A stretch of 64,000 nucleotides of DNA from Moniliella sp. 'wahieum'. Taxonomy: Eukaryota. The translations under genes and the position numbers were made by a program. Shown here one piece after another: positions 25,278 to 39,165 of this stretch (the first letter of the stretch is position 1; each line of letters begins with the position of its first letter). The notes under the pieces were generated by a model, which saw only the letters and a program-made list of their open reading frames with translations, did not search any database and had not been told where the DNA came from. Where the stretch lies: the NCBI GenBank assembly GCA_003971905.1, contig RSEE01000162.1, positions 1 through 64,000 of the forward strand. The letters are read 5' to 3'.

Positions 25278-28200
25278 ATGTTCGGCCTCGACTCGGGCCG
25301 CCATCCTCCTACCAGCAGTGCTGCTGGCCAGCCGGACCCCATGGCTGCTCATCCCGTCGACCCTGCCCCCCAGCCGTCGTCGGAAGATGTCCCGCCCAAG
25401 CCAGCAGACGCCGCCGCTGCACCCGATCTTCTTCCCAGCCCTACCGTGGCCGAACCGAAGAAGGTGCTTCGGGCAGCCCACACTGCCCACGCTCCCCTCC
25501 ACACGGGTCCTGACACGGGCAGTCCCCTCGGCGCTTCTTCCCTTCTGCAGGGCTCACCTGCCCCTCCGTCCATCCCCCATCCATCCGCCTTGACGAGCGA
25601 GCAAGTGCTCCGGGCGGAGCAAGTCACAGTCAGGGGAGCAGCATCGACGACGCCGAGTCCCAACGTCACTACCTGTCTCCCCAACCTCCGTCCAGTCATG
25701 GCCCGAGCCCTGCCTCGTTTGACACTGTGCTGGAACCTTCTTCAACCGACGCGCCGCTTTCGGCGGGACCGTCTGATATCCCAGCCCCGTTCGAGCAGTG
25801 AGGAGCGCATCCCTGTTCAACTCAGCAGGGACGCTTCGTCTCAGTCTCCCGGAATACGGCAGCATCAGCGCCCCCCTCCGCCCACGGCCTGGCCGCGCCC
25901 CGGCATCCCAACTGTGATCACGTCTCCCGAAGGCCTGGCCCGGCGTCAACGCAGTCCCGGCCATTCGCGGCACTCGTCGATGACGGACCAAAATCCGGCG
26001 CTGACGGCGGTTGATGGGCTTGGATTCAGCTTATCCCTACCCAGCGCTCAATGTGAACACGCCCAACAAACGCAGTCTCGCCCACTCGGTTGATGCGTCT
26101 CATCCTTCGTCTCCGGGCGGTGGGTCGGTAGACCAGCGCCACGTTGGATCTTCCGCAGTGCCCCACTCGCATCCTCGCCAGGGTCAAACGGACAATAGCA
26201 GTGCGACGGTGTCGCCCCACAGTGCCGTTTCCCGCTCAAAGGGTCGGGGTCGAGCGAGTCGCCGTACCCCCGCACACGCCTATCACCCGCGACGGCACGG
26301 GCAGGTTTGGGTTCCGAGACATTATTGATCTAGCCACCATGAGTCCGCTTGACTTTTTGAGTGTGACCGAGGCGGAGTCGGACGACGGCCTGCACGATCC
26401 CGAGATGGGCGAGAAAACGTCCAAGGGGTCATGGTCGAGCCAGCGCCGGAGCAGGTTGCTGCGTCGGGGAACGCATCCGCGCCGGAACTATCGTCAAGAG
26501 GTGCGGGAAAAAGAGGCGGAGGCGGCTGGGGAGGCAGGCCCTAAGCCGCCGCGTGGAAGAGATGGAACGGACGGGGGTGCGCGGCATAGTGAATTTGGGT
26601 ACGGTGTTGATTGTGGGGGTGTTGATGTTTTTGCTGGATACCCCATCTACAGCCACTACCATGGCCTGTACAAGTACTCCAAGCTGGGTGGGTATGGGCT
26701 GGGAGGTGCCAACAGTTCGGGCCAAGTGGGGGCGCTCTACCGGGCATCCGCACCACCTTGATCGACCCCGATACTCCCCGGGATGCCTACACGCGATTGG
26801 GCGAGGATGGTGTGACAACGTACGAATTGGTCTTTTCCGACGAGTTCAACACTCCTGGCCGCAGTTTTTACCCTGGTGATGTACGTTGTTTTCATCTTTG
26901 TTTTTGGCATGTGTCTCGTGGGGGTGTGAAAGAGAGGAAGAATACTGATGGACATGTGATGCGCTTGCCTGCCTCCCCTCACAGGACCCCTTTTGGGAAG
27001 CTGTCAACCTCAACTACTGGCGTACGTACCGTTGACTACTCGTTCCTCTGTTCTCTTGTCGCAGTCTCTTGACTTTTCTAACCTGTTTATTCTGGAACCT
27101 ACCCCGTTTACCTTGTGCAGAAACGAACAATTACGAGTGGTATGACCCTGCCGCCGTCACGACGCGCGACGGAGCCTTGACAATTTCGCTCACCCAGCAT
27201 CCCGAGCACAACCTCAACTTCCGTGGGGGGATGATCCAGTGGAACAAGTTCTGCTTTACAGGTGGAATCATTGCTGTCAGTGTCCGTTCCTGGTCAAGCC
27301 CGAGTCGCAGGGCTGTGGCCAGCGATTTGGATGATGGGCAACCTCGGCCGTGCTGGGTACGGTGCTTCGCTAGAGGGACCTGGCCTTACACGTACGATAG
27401 CTGTGACACGGGCACGTTGGCCAACCAAACCATCCTGCAACTGGTATGTTCCTCTCTGAGTTCTCCCTTTGCTTGTTGTTTGCCTTTGTTGGCCTTTGGC
27501 CCGCGGCTCGGTGGGAGAGGAGGGGGAGAGGAAGGGATGTGGCTGACCATTGAACTAGGTATGCCCAACTCGACGCTCCTCGGCGATTGTATGTTTAACG
27601 GGCAATTTGGCACCAAGGCGTTAAGTTTTCTTTCCGGCCAACGCTTTCGTCGTGCACATGTCCTGGGAGGACCATCCTGGTCCGCAAAACAAGGATGGGA
27701 CGTTCAAGGGCCGTGCCGCGCCCGAGTTGGACATTTTCGAAGCCCAAGTGAGTTCAACCAAGGGCATGACGGTCAGTCAAAGTCTGCAGTTGGCGCCGTT
27801 TAACGCGTACTACAAGCTCTCCCATCCCGCCGAGCTTACAACAACCAGTCGCGCACCAATTCCTACACGGGTGAGCGCACACAGCAAGCCGCGTCCGGAG
27901 TCACTCCCAGGACCAGACCGCGGTACAATACCTCAACGATAGCTCGCCTGGCATTTTTGCCGACTATGCTGTCGAATACACGCCGGGGTACGATGGGTTC
28001 ATCAAGTGGGAGGCGGATGGACGGCCAGCGTGGATGTTAAATTCGAGTCAATTGGAAGGGACCCAGTGGCTGGGATCTCGCGGCGGCCTATCCCGGAGGA
28101 GCCGCTGTACATTATTATGGTGTGTGTTTCCCCCTTTCCCTCTTCCCCCCCACACCGAGAGAATGGTAGATACTGACACTGGCTCCACCTCTTGGTAGCT

Positions 28201-28639
28201 CCGACTATGAAGAACTTGGGCATTTCTCAGAACTTTGGCTCGCCAGCTAGAGCTGGAGCAGTTGAAGTGGCCGAACGAGATGGCTGTGGACCATGTGCGG
28301 GTGTACCAAGAGCCCGGAAAGACCAATGTGGGATGTGATCCGCACGACTTCCCCACCAAGGATTACATTAACCGCCATATTGAAGCGTACACCAACCCCA
28401 ACCTAACTCTGTGGGGCAACAGCAAGCGAGGGCGGGTACGGCCAACGTGGCCGCGCAACCGTCTGTATCCGGGCGGGTGCAATGCGCCGTCTTCCACCTA
28501 CCCGGGCAGTCCATTGGCCAAGCTGCCTGAAGCACCTAGCTATCCGTCCTGGAAATCGATCCCAACGATGCCAACTGCGCGGTTCCAAACAGCACTGATC
28601 CCTCGTCTCACACTTTTGTATCCAGGATGCACCTCTTGA
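25278..28639 (+). CDS. KRE6: KRE6/SKN1 beta-1,6-glucan synthesis-associated GH16 protein (paralogue 1)
   Basis: [18 protein letters not shown] segment; [110 protein letters not shown]. Introns 26881-26984 and 27022-27120, plus probable ones near 27444 and 28120. Long Pro/Ser-rich N-terminus; start uncertain. Confidence 0.92.
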
Positions 28640-29710
28640 TATCCCCCCCCCCCGCCCTCTCCTTTCCCCCTTTCCACCGACTGGCAGAATTTTCACCTCT
28701 CAGGAAAATGCCAAGACGACTCAGCAGTGTGTCCCCCTGAGCGCCTGTGGGCGCCTGAGCTGCTCTGCCCCGAATCTTCATGTCATATCTCGTTGCTACC
28801 CCCTCCTTGCCTTGTTCAGTCTCCGCCACTCTGATCCCCCGTTCGCCTCGTTTTATGGTACCCCATTTTGGTTCTTCTGTTCATTCATCCATCGCTACTG
28901 TCTGATACCTCGGGCGTTTCGCAGTCGCATTCTAACCACCGAGGAAACGAGATGGAAACTGGCCATGCATATCATATGGCCATGAACACATAACTACGTT
29001 TCTAGCAGATCGGGATATAGATGGGGAAAGTGGTACACAGGCGAGCCGCTTTTGAGCTCTACTGCCTCTATCACAGTATAGAGTGGAAAAAAATCCAAGT
29101 CCGCGTCACGTCACTCCCCGTCGGGTGGTTGCCTGCCTTGACGAGTTTTGGGCCCAGGCAAAAGCCTTGCTGGACGCGGTCGTCTTTCTTGCCTTATGCT
29201 GGACAACACGGCAGGTTTTGTCCCCACGTCTTCTCGCAACGCTAATGTAACGAGGGGACTGGGCGGGGCTGGGGCTGAGCGAGGTGCGGTGGTGATAATC
29301 TCTCGATATTATTGATTGGTGATCTTCTTTCCATCAACTGTGGCGCATCAACGACCAGGCCCGCCCATTCACGGACAGATGCTATATTGACGGAGCGGTC
29401 CTAATCAAGCTCCAAGTGGATGTCACATCGTGGCATGTAGAAAAAACACAGGACTGGCAAATGACAAACAAACTACTATACATACACACGTACCCTCAAC
29501 ACAGTTCTCCTTACATCAAAAAGCCCCCAAAGAGTGCAAAAGTATATCAACATAAACACAGCAAACGTCAAATCGTAATAACAAAGTACTGGCTCCAAAT
29601 CCCGTTCGCGTCGTAAGTAGATGCAGCCTTCGTCCGTGCGCACATCATCATAGTATGACCGACCGGTTGGGCTTGGACTTATTTTGGGGCTCGAGAAGTA
29701 TTGGGTGTTG

Positions 29711-32578
29711 TCACAAGTCCATCCACCAACTTCGCCCGCCCGGATTCATCAATGCGGTCATGTTGGTTTTGACCCGTGTCACAACGGGTGCGATGGACGC
29801 CTGGCCGAGGGAAGGACTAAGTACGACATTCCCGCTGCTCGTGCCGTTTTCGCGGGGGGTACGGTTCAAGCCCGCAGAGGGCATGCGGGGCAACGAGAAG
29901 GGGGAGCCAGCGTGGCTGCAGAGTCGGGGTGGTGGCCGCAGGGAAAGCCGGAGTAGAGGGGCGTTTTGGAATGCACTCGAGCTGCGTTCGCCTCTCAGTG
30001 CTGGGGGTGGGGTGCTGTCAACCGAGAGGGGCGACATATCCATATCCATATCCAGGAAGAGGCGAGTCGAGTCCCGTACCTGAACCTGTACCTGTACCGC
30101 TCCGGCCAGATGGTGTGACACCCCCCTGTGCTGCCGGAAGCGGTAGGAACGTTTCGGCGTACCATTCGTACCACACTCTCCGCTCCGTCGTCATTCGCCA
30201 CATGTGTACGTCCAGCTCGCAGTTGGGGGGAGCGTAGAGCGGGGCAGAAAAGGGAAGAAGAGGGGAGGCCAAGAGGTGAGTCCTGCTGTTGCCTGTCCGG
30301 GATCTGGGTGGGTACTAAGGCCAATATCGCCATAAAGACGGGCTTCAAAGTATCCTACCAAGCCATGCACCACCGAGGCAAGCGGGAGGTAAAACGTGAG
30401 TGCGGTGGTACGAACGTTGGCCGAATTGTTCAACGGCAGTCCTGAGCCTTCGTCGAGCGGTACGGGCGATCGCGTTGGACTAAATTGAAAGTCCCAAGCC
30501 CGCTGGATGGGGGCCCAACCACCACGTCCGCCTAACGCGGCAGGGCAACCAGGTTGGTTTGCAAGAACAGCGTAGGGTGTCTCGAGGGCATCACGTTCGT
30601 AGCCCTTCTGTCGCAGGGATTCACATGGGCACTCTTGGATCGAAGTAAAGGTGAGGGGAGGTGACAGGGGTCACGAAATTGCCACGAACGAAGGAATGAA
30701 GATCCCATCAGCTAAAGAGAAAAGGGGTTAATCATGTCAGCAAGTGAACCACACAGCCCCTGCCTTGCCATAGTCACAGCCTGGGCAGATACCTGGGCAA
30801 AACATACCTTTGAGAAACCGTTTGGCTCCATCCAGCATCTCGGGACCCAACGTATTGTCACCAAACGAGCCCAACAGCTCCGAAACGATCAGATCAGCTT
30901 TATCATTGTCACGAGGTAATGGAGGCAACAAGCGCAGATCGCCATTCAGGATCGTGACGCGCTCGACCCCCACTCGTTGGCCCGCCGGTCCTGCAACACT
31001 ACAACCGCATGAGGGTTGTTCTCTATGGCGGTTACATGTACCTGGACATGACTGCGCCAGGACGCAGCCAGACATCGGGCCACCAACACTCCCCTTCCTG
31101 CCCCACACACCCAGATCCGGATCCCGTGCTCGCCCGCCTGTGGTTGCAAAGTCCAGGAGCGCAGCGGCCACGGCATCCTCGTAGAGATTGTACTTAACTT
31201 CATCCCGTTCTTGTATGGCGTATGTGCTGGAAGTACAGGGATCCAGCAGCAAAGGTTGGAGCGGGGCTTGGAGCTTGTTGGTGGTATGCGTGAGCGTCAA
31301 TGCATCGAGATCATGGGTCAAGGTGGTTGTGGTGATACGGGCAAAATGCTTAATATAGGTGAGGTAGGCGTCGCTGCCTCCGCGGGTATGCTCGGGGGGA
31401 GGGGTATGCGTCTCGGAGAGGAGGATTCTCGGTTTTTGGGGGAAGACGGAACGAAGCAAAGCCTGGGCCGCCTTGCTTAGGACAGGAAAGCCCTTGGCAT
31501 TGCTCATGAAGAAGAAGCGGGGATGGACAGGCCTGCAACAGGTTCTGATGCCCAGCGGCCCATGACGCGGCGTTGAACGGGCAAGGGCGCTCGTAGATCG
31601 AGCAAAACCTTGACTCTTGGGTTCTGCCGGCACACATCCTGGATTGTGCTCCAGGTTTCCCATGCCCAGTCGTCATCCACCCGTCTCAACACGGCGGCCG
31701 ACTTGCCCGACGGTTGGGACGGTTCCCTGGCCAATTTCTGAGCCAGCCGATGAGGACTGGTGATGGGAAGGGAGATTAGGAGCGACATGGTTTGTCCAGC
31801 AGCGGGACTGGTACTTGCCGAGGCAAGTTTCAAAGCAAGCTGCCACGGTCCGAGCATAAAAGGGGAGGAACCTCCTTCGTTCTGGATCGCTTGAAGGAGC
31901 CGGAAGTACCACAGCAGGCGCATTGAGGTGGGCAGCATAGGCCACTTCCTGTATCAGGGCCAATTCTGCGTCCAGACGCATGCCTTCGTCCGCCGCATCG
32001 AGTTCGAGCCATGGACTGAGAAGAAGCGTGACGTCAGAGGCTGCCTCAGAGGTGGTGAGGGTAACCTCGTCGTTGCGAAATGCAGGGTTGGCGCGCCAAA
32101 GCTCCGCTTCGCGTACAACGGGGGTTGGGGCGGCGTCCGGCCCTACTGCTGCCCCGCCGGCCAAGTTGAGGCGGGAGGAGCTCAGCGCCATACCGCTCGA
32201 CCCGGGATCGGGGGCTTCAATGCACATACGTTCCCAGCGCTGTCTCCACTGCGGGGTGGTGAGGTCAGTGGCGACAAAGGAGTAACCTTCAGCACGTGCA
32301 GCAGCCAGAGCTCGTTGGGCCGGGGGGAGGTGGGCGTGGACAGGATCAGGCGTAGTAGCCCGAAGATGGAGGGCATTGCTGTGGGAGACTTCGTCGAGCG
32401 TCTCGAGCAAGCCGAGGCGCATGCCGGCGGACCGGCGCCGCGCCGGGGGCGAGCGGCGGATGGGGGCGCTGGCCAACGAGGCCCCGGATACATAGACGCC
32501 CACTGGCAGGACACCCGTCGCCCATGAGGAAACGAGGAGAGTTGGTGGCGCGGCGTAAATGGAAGAGGTCGGGGGCAA
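29711..32578 (-). CDS. PRMT5: Protein arginine N-methyltransferase 5 (PRMT5/Skb1/Hsl7)
   Basis: SPWLELD...ALIQEVAYAAHL; WASEPV; NAKGFPVLSKAAQ; LQAPLQPL; ERDEVKYNLYEDAV; VCGAGRGVLV; AIENNP; ADLIVSELLGSFGDN..PEMLDGA; HGLVGYFEARLY; RVWYEWYAE; MNPGGRSWWMDL-stop. Confidence 0.93.
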
Positions 32579-33949
32579 AGCGAGAGGGATGGGGGGGGGC
32601 AGGCCATAGGGAGTTTAGCACTCGCTTACTAGTCTTGCTGCGCGCTGATGCGGAGCCTTCAAGCGTCAAATGCGTAAACGCCTAATAGCCGCGAGGGGAA
32701 GCTGGCGCAAAAATCAAGCAAGCCACAAGTTGGAGGGATATATCAGGTCGGCAAGGAATGATACCAAGTTGAACTCGCCGTTAACCAACAGCTGCTGGCC
32801 CACTGTTGAGTATTATAGGAAGAGTTGGGGTGGCAGAAGAAAGAAGAGAAGAGAATACAGCACGTGTACTTGATTGTGCCATCGTCTTCAACGCCAACAA
32901 AGTAACAAGGTTAGCACGTACCTTCTCCAGCTTCACATTCTCAGATCTCACTGCACTATTCACATGTTCACAGGCGAAAGCATCTCCACCCGTTCTTTTC
33001 TGCATCTATCCCCGATCAACCGATTATTTCGATGACAAGACTGACACAGGGCTCAGTTGAGTACTGAGTACACAGTAGAGTTACTACCTATTAGTCACTC
33101 GATCACGATGCCCTTCCGCAGCAGCTCCAACGTCGTTCAACGTTCTTTTTCACACATATGTCGCAGCTCCCCCCCGCGGCCACAAGAAAAGAATGCGGTA
33201 CTAGACTTTTGTTTGTTGTTTCGTAAGCTTTTGATGGGCTTTTCATACACCATGGATCAACATGTGTACTGGTTGCGGATACATATCGATATTTTCCGGC
33301 CCGGCGTGGAGAAGAAAACGCAAGTAGTGCTTGCGGGGATGCCGTGAGAACCTCCCCTTTCAAAAGTCGCTTGCCCAGCTACATGCAGCATGTCAAGAAC
33401 GCCCAGGAACACCCTCTCCTTGATCGATCCGCCTCTTCTTTCCAACGTTGTTCGAACACTGAACATATTGAACATCGACGACGTTTACGTTGGATAGTAA
33501 TGCTAAAAGCGCTAATGAATAATCGATGAAGATTAATGACATTGACATGTGTGTGACATGTGACAATGAACTAGAGCCGACGACAATGCCACAATAGCCC
33601 CGCCGCAGCCCCACATGTAGCCCCTTGGAGCCCCTTGTAGCCCCCATCACGCACATCACATCACATGGAGAGACGGACATGGTGGCTGGGACATGGCGCC
33701 TCGGACTTTATACATACCAGCTGACAGCGTCTCTCTTACAGCTTCCCACCCTCTAAAGATCTCAACCGTTGAGAGCTAAAGAACGCCCTCAGTGTATGAG
33801 TACTCAGCTGGGAGTGCTGACATATCCAAAATGCCTTGCGAGAGGAGCTAACTACCGTGCCTGCTGGTTGTCCGCATTGCGGGTCTCACATATATTAGAG
33901 GCTCAATAGTTAACGTTCCGCGTTATAGTGCGAACATCCCAAGATACGC

Positions 33950-34380
33950 TTACTAGGTCACTAGGTCACTAGCCCCTGCGCCGCCCTGCGCCGCCCTCAA
34001 AAAACAGGTTGTTAATCACTCTTCGCTGCTCTCCGCACCTCAGGGCCTCAGAATCCACCCAGAGTTTTCCGGTGGGGCCAAAAGCAGGTACGAGAAACCG
34101 AGACAATACATACGTACGAGCACTTGGCACGTACAAAAAGTGGGTTTGGCCTCGGTTACCGGTTACCGGTTACCCGTTAAGCCTTAGGCCTTAGGCCTAA
34201 CCTTAGGCCTTAGGCTCCGGGCAGCTTTTTCATACTTAATACGTACAGTATAACGCACTTAGCGCTAAGGCTTAGCTCCACACCGAATCGCTCGCGTTAG
34301 GCGTTCGCGTTTTAGGCCTTTTAGATTTTCGACCTTTGGCCGGCCTTAGGCTTTTTAGGCCTTTGGCGTTACGCGTTTCA
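33950..34380. repeat. Intergenic cluster of dyad tandem repeats (GGTTACC)n, (CCTTAGG)n
   Basis: ggttaccggttaccggttacc at about 34154, ccttaggccttaggcc at about 34182 and cttagcgctaag at about 34258. Confidence 0.8.
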
Positions 34381-36169
34381 CTTTATTAACGAAAGTAAGC
34401 ATCCACCCTCTCCGCAAGCTCTCCAAAAGCCCCATCACACATTTCGTAGTAATAGTATACGGTCTCTGGCCTCCTTTGGTCGGATTAGTAGCCGGAGGTC
34501 GCCGGCCAGGGCGCCGCCAGGTACATGCTGTTTTGCAGTCTAGTGATGCATGATGAACGAACGATCAAGGTTTCTTCCCAGCCTGCCTAGCCGAAAGCTT
34601 CCTCCGCCATGCAGCTCTCCAACGTCCAACGTCCAACATCCAACGCGCACCACCTCGCTTCCGGATGATTCATTGATTAGCTTCTGGGCTGTCGTGTCCA
34701 TTATGCATTACCGGTTACCCTTTGCCTCTCAGTCAACACAGTATGTCAATTCCGCGTCATATTATGAGTGAGAATATTCGCATCTCAAAGTACTAGTCAA
34801 GGTGAGTACGTTGAATACCAATGTTGAGTAAATATACTACGTATCCGGTACCGGAAGACCAAGCCCTGAAGAAATTAGCGAACCACCCAGAAGGCTCATA
34901 TTCGAGCAGCTCTACCTAATCCCTGATTAGGTCAATCAAGCCGCGCAGGGTCTCTTTTCTTTTTGTCTTCCACCATGGACGTTAAAAGCCGTGTGTACAC
35001 GATATGAATACCACATGAAATAGGGTCCACTTTTGCGCGCGGCTGACAGACACGGGGATAGGACAGGCAATACCTAGCAATGCCTGGGACCGCTCCTGCG
35101 TTCAACACGTTCAACACGTTCAACCTCCAACGTCCACACCATTAATCATTATAATCAACGTTCCACGTTCGATGTTCACGCGTTCACGCCCTTCTCGAGC
35201 GAGCATATGGTCCATGGTCCATTATGAGATGGTCCCACATCACGCTTCACTTAGGCGTGTTGCATCTCGAGATACGCCGAAGTCGAGGGCGCCTCCTTCG
35301 GATGCTTAGCGCTTGCTGCCCTCTACTATAAGGCCTATTAAGGGTCGGCGGGCGGAACCATCGTGCATTGCGGGGCACAAGAAGGCTGATTGTCATACAT
35401 GTCATGGTCCTTGGTTTTGGGGGAAACATCCCTGTTCGTTGCACGCCGCATTGCATATTGACACCTACTAGATTTGGCCCACTAACAGACCATCCACATC
35501 CGTCGTTATTTGGATCAGTCGTTGTTGTCGTACTGCTGCCATTACTATATGCGAGCGATCCAAACTCGACCAACTGGAGGTTCTCATTCGTTGGTGTGTA
35601 ACATGTAATATTACTATCCGCTTGATTGGTGTGTCCTTTTGTTCTTTTGCCATATGTTAGAAAGTTTGCCCCGCTCGCACATCCTCAGTCTTGCCTCCAC
35701 CACCAGCACCCTGCACTACAGAACACCCGAACCAGTAGAACAGCCGTTTCCTGCCGTTTCCTGCCGTGTCAGCCGTATCAGCCGTGTGCCGGACCCAACA
35801 CCATGTGGGCTTAGCTAGTATACGACCCTACCTTCCTGCCCGGCCGGCCGCACATGCGACCGCACCTCAAGTGTCCGACGGGGACGAAGGACGAATGACG
35901 AAGGTGTTCTCCCCATCGACCATTGACCGTCACCCACCTTTGTTCCCTCTCAATCGCATCAGTCTGCACCGTCTTACTTTCCCCCTGGTGAGTGACGTGG
36001 CGTACTAATGCATACTTGAACGATGATCGATGCGCAAGGGAAGGAAAGGAAAAGGAAGGGAAGGAAAGGGAAGGGAAGAAAAATCAACTTGAACCCGCTC
36101 GAGAAGAAGTAGGTAGGTCCGTGGCCATGGCCCAGTGCAGCGCAGGTCCAGGCGGAAGGTCAAGTCGAG

Positions 36170-36243
36170 CCTCCAGTCGCAATCCTCCAGTCACAAGCCT
36201 CCAGTCGCAAGCCTCCAGTCGCAATCCTCCAGTCGCAAGCCTC
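36170..36243 (+). repeat. 14-bp tandem repeat CCTCCAGTCGCAA(G/T), 5 copies
   Basis: Directly visible, downstream of the VPS36 stop. Confidence 0.9.
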
Positions 36244-36377
36244 GGATGCGCGAGGTGGGATGTGGGATATGGGACGTCGGGGACCGCGGGGCAGCAGGGA
36301 CAGAACAGCAAGACCCCAAAGTACGGGCGGATCAAGAGAGAGACGATCGATGAGGCCTGAGGCTGGAACGTATCCGG

Positions 36378-39165
36378 TTACGGGTTGTGACAAGCCCATT
36401 CATTTCTCAGGTCCGCGTACGAGGGGGGAAGGATTAATCAAGTTGGGGAAGTACCGTGGTGCCGACTTGAACCCGGTGGTCCGTCGTCCCGGACCAAGAG
36501 ACCCAATTGGACTGTGGCTTCCTCCACCAGTGCAGCGACAAGTGGGATGGGGACCTGTTCTTCCCCTGCTATTTGTACCACACTTGCCCCACTCGCCTGG
36601 GGCGGAAGGACAGGGTTGGAGCTCGAATCGCCTTGTTGGGAAGGTGATGCCTCACCGTGCACCTGGAATTGCTCCTGAACGTTGAGCGTGCTCCTGAACG
36701 TGCTGAGCGTGCTGCAGCTGCGAACGGGGAAGGGCAGAGCTTGATCGACGCAAGAGTCTGCGGGCGGTGCGACGAGCGAATGCCAAGGTGGTAAAGCGGG
36801 GCGTATGGAGCACCGCTACGCCCGGTGCGGAACCGAGGATACGAAGTTGAATAGGGGGCAAGGTTACGCGCGCCAAGAGCGGGGCGACTTGGCGCAAAGT
36901 AGCTGGTGAAACCAAAGCGATCCCGCGCGCTCGGTTCCATACTGCCCACGTCTCGTCCAGCGGCATGATCCCACGTCCCAAAGGAGGGCGAGTACGGCGA
37001 CGAGGACGGGACGGGGGTAGAGGAGATTGGTTCCCTTGTTCCTCAGTTGTCTCTCGGTCGTCGACGTCCTCCTCTACTTCCGCCTCTTCATATTCATCTT
37101 CATCATCATCGTCTTCTTCTAGGTCTTGGTCTTGGTCTTCGATCGACATGGTTTGGGCAGCCGATGCGACGTGGGAAGTAGAACGTTGCTGCAGCTCCGC
37201 AGTGCGGGGCCCATCCCCCCACCCCCTGCGACCGGTGGGTCCACGACCGTACCTTGGCACAACAGACCATGGACCAACAATCCACCCAGTTCACGTGCCA
37301 ATTCCGAGTGGTACACCAACTCGTCCGCAGCCTCTTCAGCGGTGACAGCGGGAGCGGGCAAGCCGAGTTTGACCAAGCTGCTACGGAGCAAACTGGTAGT
37401 TTGTTGAGTTGTATCTGAAGCCGTTTGTCCGGTGCAGCACGCGCTTCTGTTTGGCCAATTTGACCGACAAGGTTTCTGCCAACTGACCATCTGTGCGGCC
37501 CGGGTCATGAGTGCTTCCAAATCGCGCAACGCGTCGCCTACATCTTCTCGTTCGGCTTGGGCAACGTCCTGTGCGGCGCGCAGGACACCATCTGGGTGGG
37601 AACAGAGTGTTAGCTAACCCACACATTAGATGGGTAGGTACGGTAGAGATACGTGGACAGGTAAAAGGACAAGGCCCGGGAGCAAAGGCGGCCAAGTACC
37701 ACAGTACCACAATACCACAGCACCACAGTACCATAGTACCCAGGAGGAAAGAGGAAAAGAGGACACGAGCAAGGAGGGGAGGAAACCGGAGAACGGAGAA
37801 CGGAGGACGGAGAACGGGGGGGAAGGACGTACTGATACCCGCTTTGCGCATGTGGGTCGTGCGACCATCAATGTCCGGCGCGGTGGGGCAGAGGTACGTG
37901 GTCGAGCGCGCTGGACCACGCGCGAGCTTTCAGAGCCGCTTTGAGTTCGGCATAACAATCTTTATCCCCGCCGAGACGGAAGCTGAGCTTGATGTAGTCG
38001 ACCGCTGGTGCTGGGGGGCTGTTGGAACGGCCGGGACAGCCGATACAGCCGGTACAGAGGGGCAGCAGACAGGCCAAGGGGGGGAAGATGATCCAGGTCC
38101 GGGAGAGCTAGAGGACGTAGTGGTACCGTTATCTCCTCCTAGGGTTTGGAGCAAGGGTAGGGGTGGAAGCAAATGCATCCTGTGGTGGAGCAGGTTCGTT
38201 TGACAACGAGAGACCTTGGACAGGAGGTAAAGACACAGTGGCTAAATTTGATCCGCCACATCTCACAGGCCACCATGGCCGGGGGTGGTTACTAAAGTAC
38301 ACAGGGGCAGGACAGTCCGCCGGCTCGTTGGGCGAAGGGGCCCCGGGCGGGGGGACGAGTGGGGGCGGGAGGTGGGGAGGGAGGTGGTGGCAAGGGGGGT
38401 AAGAGAGCGCAAGGGCGTGCGGGTGCGGGAGGGGACGGTGCGCGGTGGTGGTGTGGCGGGTGCGCTGCGTGTGAGAGGGCGAGTGTGGGTGTGAGTGTGG
38501 GTGTGGGTGCGGCCCAGCGGACTGGCCTGGGCCGGACGCGGCACACCACATAGTCCACAAGCCGATCCGGTCGTGTTGGCGAATCCGCACACACGGCAGA
38601 CCCACGTCGTCGGCGCCTGCACAGTCTCGCGATCGGCAGCAGCAGGCGCACGCAGCGACAAGACCGGCGGCGACGGAGGCGTCGAGACGGGCAGCGACTC
38701 GGTGGAGCGCACCGACGCAATGCCCACCCTGCGGATGGCGGTGGGGAGCGCGGTGGGGCGCACGGCAGGAGCGGATGCGGATGCAGATGCGGATGCGGAT
38801 GCAGATGTGGATGTGGATGGGGATGCAGATACGGGCGCAGGCGTGGGGACCGAGGCGGCGGCCGAGCCCGGGGCGGGTCGGAGCACAAGGGTGATCTTGG
38901 CCGAGGAGCGGAGGAAGCCGGCGTAGTATTCGGACATGTGCACCAGCTCGAGCGGGAGCGCGCAGCTGTGGGAGAGCGGCTGGGCATCGTCGACGTAGAG
39001 CAGGCGGTGGCTGGTGAGGTAGAGGGTGCCGGCCTGGCGGTCGGGGACCTTGGTCTTGCCCTGGTACAGGCCGACGCCCGCGACGAGCGTCAGGACCTGC
39101 TCCTCGGGGCCGAGCACGGCGCCCACCGTCGACGGCGTAACCTCGAGCGGCACGAAGCGGTCCAT
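36378..39165 (-). CDS. VPS36: ESCRT-II subunit Vps36
   Basis: GLUE domain VGLYQGKTK...GTLYLTSHRLLYVD...AGFLRSSAKITL; NZF zinc finger WVCRVCGFAN...CGLCG; YIKLSFRLGGDKDCYAELKAALKARAW; DLEALMTRAAQMV; YHSELAREL; WAVWNRARGIALVSP; C-terminal LVRDD...RYFPNLI. Probable intron at about 37590-37850. Confidence 0.92.

Noticed and set aside
34180..34370. Interstitial telomere (TTAGG words)
   Set aside because: The unit is TTAGGCC/CCTTAGG with dyad symmetry, not a strand-biased TTAGGG array.
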